From: an uncultured delta proteobacterium
GTDB taxonomy: Bacteria > Desulfobacterota > Binatia > UBA9968
Reading direction: 5' to 3'
NCBI GenBank assembly: GCA_963804165.1
Contig: CAWDPO010000030.1
Location: 32,001 to 96,000 of the forward strand
DNA length: 64,000 bases
In this document: positions 60,603-64,000 of the stretch, one piece after another
Numbering within the stretch: the first letter of the stretch is position 1
Layout: each line of letters starts with the position of its first letter
Notes under the pieces: model-generated
What the model saw: the letters and a program-made list of their open reading frames with translations, nothing else
Databases searched by the model: none
What the model was told of the DNA's origin: nothing
Program-made: the position numbers and the translations under genes

Positions 60603-61847
60603 ATGATAATTCGGCGCAAAGAATTCTCGATTTTCAATTACGCGGCTTGCTGGGATTCGTCCTCGCGCTGTTCCTATGGCCCGCGACCAATCTGATCGCC
60701 GCGGACGCGGATCTTAAACCCGGCGACACCATCGGCCCCAATAACTGGCAACGAATTCAGGGCATGGTCGGCGAGAATTTTTTGAATCGGATCAAAGCCG
60801 GACATACCATCCAAATCAAACCATCAAAAGTTTATCGCCCGTTAAAAGAATACGCCGATGCGACGGAAAAATACTCCGGCAAAGTTCGCCTCGGCGCCAA
60901 CGGTGAACTTCTCGGCCACGTCGCCGGCCAACCTTTTCCGAAGCTCGATCTGAGCGATGCGCAGATCGGCCAGAAGCTCGCGTGGAATTTTTTCTGGCGC
61001 TGGCTGGGAGATGATTACAAAACCGGCGGCGCCGTCAAAGGCGGAAAAATCATTCGCTCGGCGATCGAAAAGGACGGCGCCGAACGGCGCGCCGACTTGG
61101 TTTCTTATTTTCTCTTTCCGACGAACGCGCTACATTTTGGATCCGAAACCGGTGATTCCCGGCTATGAGCATATCGACTACATGCAGCTGCGCGTCGACA
61201 GTTATCCGCGCGATGCCGCGGGCACGACGACCTTGGAAATCCGCTACGCCGATCCCAATCGCGCCGACGATCTGTACATTTATATTCCGAGCATTCGCCG
61301 CATTCGCCGCGCCACCACCACGCAGCGCTGCCAGACGCTGGCGCCGAGCGAGTTCAATCTCGACGATATCAACAGCTTCAACGGCAAGATCACCGATTTC
61401 AATTACAAGTTTCTCGGCGAAAAAAAGATGCTGGTGAATCTCAGCCAGGAACATTTGCCGTTCAATCGTAAGCCAGGCGACTATTTGCCGTTGGATGAGA
61501 AATGGGAAGTCGTCGACACCTACGTCCTCGAGATCACGCCCAAGGATTCCAATTATTGCTATCCGAGAAAGCTGCTGCACCTGAACAAGATGACCTTCGA
61601 TACCCATTGGACTTTGATCTGGGACAAGCGCGGTGAATATTGGAAAGAGCAGTTCGGCATGTTCACGCCGGTCAAACTCGCCGACGGCCGCGAAGTTTGG
61701 TCGGTCGCCGACGTCGTCATCGTCAATGTCCAAAACGGCCGCTCGACGATTGTCACAGCCACGCGCGCATACAACAAGGGCTACCCTGCCAGCATGTTCA
61801 GTCTGGCCACGCTTGAAAGCGTCATGCGCGGCGGCTCGATCGAGTAG
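60603..61847 (+). CDS. DUF1329-family periplasmic (LolA-like) protein, frameshifted
   Basis: GQPFP, AWNF, PRDAAG, YIPSIRRIRR, WDKRGEYWK. Confidence 0.85.
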
Positions 61848-61864
61848 ATTTGCCAACGTTTCCC

Positions 61865-62941
61865 ATGGCGCGAGTGGGTTGCCGTCGCCGCTGAATAAGT
61901 TTTTCGATGCGCTTTCTCGCTCTTTGCTTTGCCGGGCTGATCGTTGCATCGCACTGGCTTCTCTCCACGCCGCGACGGCTTTAAAAAATACCGCGGTTCA
62001 ACGAGAATTTTTATGGCGTCGACATCGTCGACGATCAGGCTTGGATCGTCGGCTACTACGGCACGATCCTGCATTCCGCCGGATCGCGGCCAAACCTGGC
62101 AAATTCAATCGACCGCCCACCCGGAACGCTCTTTTCAACGTGCGCTTCATCAATCCGTTAAAAGGTTGGATCAGCGGCAGCTACGGCATCCGTTCTGCAT
62201 ACCACGCGACGGCGGCAAGAGCTGGCACTCTCAGTCCGCCGGCACAACGGAGCATCTTTTCGGCTTCCTATTGGCTCGACGAGACCCACGGCTGGCTGGT
62301 CGGCAGCCGCGGCGCAACTGTGCGAACCAACGACGGTGGCCGTTCCTGGAGTACCTCTTCCGTACCGGGCGATTTCACTTTCAGCGGCGATCACATTCGT
62401 CAGCGCGTCGCGCGGCTGGATCGTCGGCGAGTTCGGCGTCATTTTCCAGACCTCGGATGGCGGTAAGAGTTGGCAAAAACAAAAAAGCCCCGTCGAGGTT
62501 TCGTTTTCTAGCGGCGCAAGCCAAAACTTGTTTGCGCTGCTATTCACGGCGCCGACCGACGGCTATGCCTTCGGACTCGATGGGCTCGTGCTCAAAACCC
62601 GGGACGGCGCCCGCTGGGAAATCGTCCGCCACCGCGAGACCGCCAATAGCGGCAGCGTCGCCAACCATCTTTTCGCCGCCGCCGCTTTCAACGGCCGCAT
62701 CTCGGTCGTCGGCGAACGAGGCACGCTGCTTCAATCCGATCCGGATAGCGGCAGCTGGCGGCAGGCCGGCGTTCAAATTCCGCGCCTCAGTTTGAACGGC
62801 ATCGCGTTCGGCAAAGACGGCTTCGGGCTGGCGGTCGGCAATCGAGGGCTCGTGTTGCGCACCGAGGATGGCGGCAAGAATTGGAAGCGGCTTAAGATCG
62901 ACGTTCAACTCGGCGCAAATAACCCTCGCCGCGCTCCATGA
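61865..62941 (+). CDS. YCF48/BNR-repeat beta-propeller protein, frameshifted
   Basis: Repeated GWIVGEFG..TSDGGKSW and VGNRGLVLRTEDGGKNW. Confidence 0.82.
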
Positions 62942-64000
62942 GACGACTCGCTCTCTTCATCGTTAAAAAGCGCGCCGTTATCTTGGGCCTCATAATCGCG
63001 GCCACGCTGGTGCTTCGCCTACCTCTCGCATCAAGATTGAAATGTACACCGCCTTTGCGGATCTCCTGCCGCGAGATCATCCTTATATCCGAGTCCACAA
63101 TCGTTTCTGGAAGACCTTCGGCGGCGCCAACGTCGTGCTGCTTTCCGTGGAAGTCTCCGAGGGCGATATTTTCAACATCACGGTGTTGGAGAAAATCAAA
63201 AAACTCACCGAAATCATCGAGCGCACACCCGGGGCAAACAACTATCAGATTTTTTCCATCGCGCGCCAGAAAGTGAAAGACGTTCGCGCCACCGCTTGGG
63301 GCATCGAGGTGCAGCCCGTGATGTGGCCGAGCGTGCCGCGAGAGCGCGAGGAGATCGAGCGGCTGCGCGATATCGTCTACGCCAATCCAACGATCGTCGG
63401 TCGGCTGGTTTCCGAGGACGGCAAGGCCGCGCTCATCACCGCCGCGTTTCACGAGGAACGGCTCGATTACGCCGCGTTGTTTCGCCGCGTTCAACAAGCG
63501 ATCAAAGAAGTCGAAGACTCCAAGACCCGCGTCTTCGCCGCCGGCGAGCCGATTCTCTACGGCTGGATTTATCATCATCTGAGCTCCATCGCGCTGATCA
63601 TCGCGCTCACCTGTTTGAGCATCCTCGCCATCTTGATCCTCTACTATCGCAATTTAAACGGCGTCATGATCCCGATGCTCTCCGCGGTGATCACTTTCAT
63701 CTGGGGTACCGGATTTACCGCTTTGATCGGTTACAATTTCGAGCCGCTCATTCTGGTCGTGCCGTTTTTGATCGCCGCGCGAACGATCAGTCACTCAATT
63801 CAGTTTCGCGAAAGATTTTTTGAAGAGCTCGAGCGCTACGGCGATAAAGAAAAGGCCGCCATCGAATCGGCGGCCGGCTTGATGATGCCCGGCAGCGTTT
63901 CCATCATAACCGACGCCATCGGTTTGACCGTGCTTCTGGTCGCGCCGATGCCGATTCTGACCAAGCTCGCGATCGCCGGAAGCTTTTGGGTGCTCAGCAA
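62938..64000 (+). CDS. MMPL/RND-superfamily transporter, frameshifted near start, runs off window end
   Basis: DLLPRDHPY..FGGAN, AGEPILYGW, ARTISHSIQ, SIITDAIG. Confidence 0.85.

Noticed and set aside
61865-62941. Photosystem II assembly factor
   Set aside because: YCF48-like propeller in its usual DUF1329/RND context; no photosynthesis genes

Overview
A bacterial metagenome-style window. Gene content (expanded NMT1/TauA-type and Fe/thiamine-type ABC binding proteins, UbiD, LLM, amidohydrolase, non-metal M24) suggests Candidatus Binatia or a related deltaproteobacterial lineage; this is an inference. The first ~1.1 kb (Oar-like TonB receptor, CsoR, FadN) is more GC-rich and is joined to the rest at a junction that truncates two genes, probably an assembly chimera. 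Many conserved genes carry single-base frameshifts that look like long-read errors. The backbone holds several catabolic/transport clusters: XDH-family CoxMSL with two UbiD, an LLM and ABC transporters; aminotransferase, Fe-S protein, Cys-motif protein, TRAP and DUF1989; Fe-type ABC with VOC and M24-like pairs; DUF1302-DUF1329-YCF48-RND. Housekeeping genes include fabI, a PduO-type adenosyltransferase and lnt. An accessory islet (~25.9-30.2 kb) carries Nmad2, Nmad3, a RAYT transposase between perfect 27-bp inverted repeats and a truncated AbiGi-like gene. The best-supported mobile-element finding is an IS110/IS1111 element inserted in a REP. Its 3' non-coding end has guide-like matches to both target strands and to its own end (candidate bridge/seekRNA), and its circle junction rebuilds TTGACA-N17-TAATAT. 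There are also IS1182 and IS5 elements, MITEs, and many REP-like and tandem-unit hairpin repeats, several read in-frame inside proteins. No rRNA, tRNA or CRISPR array was seen.
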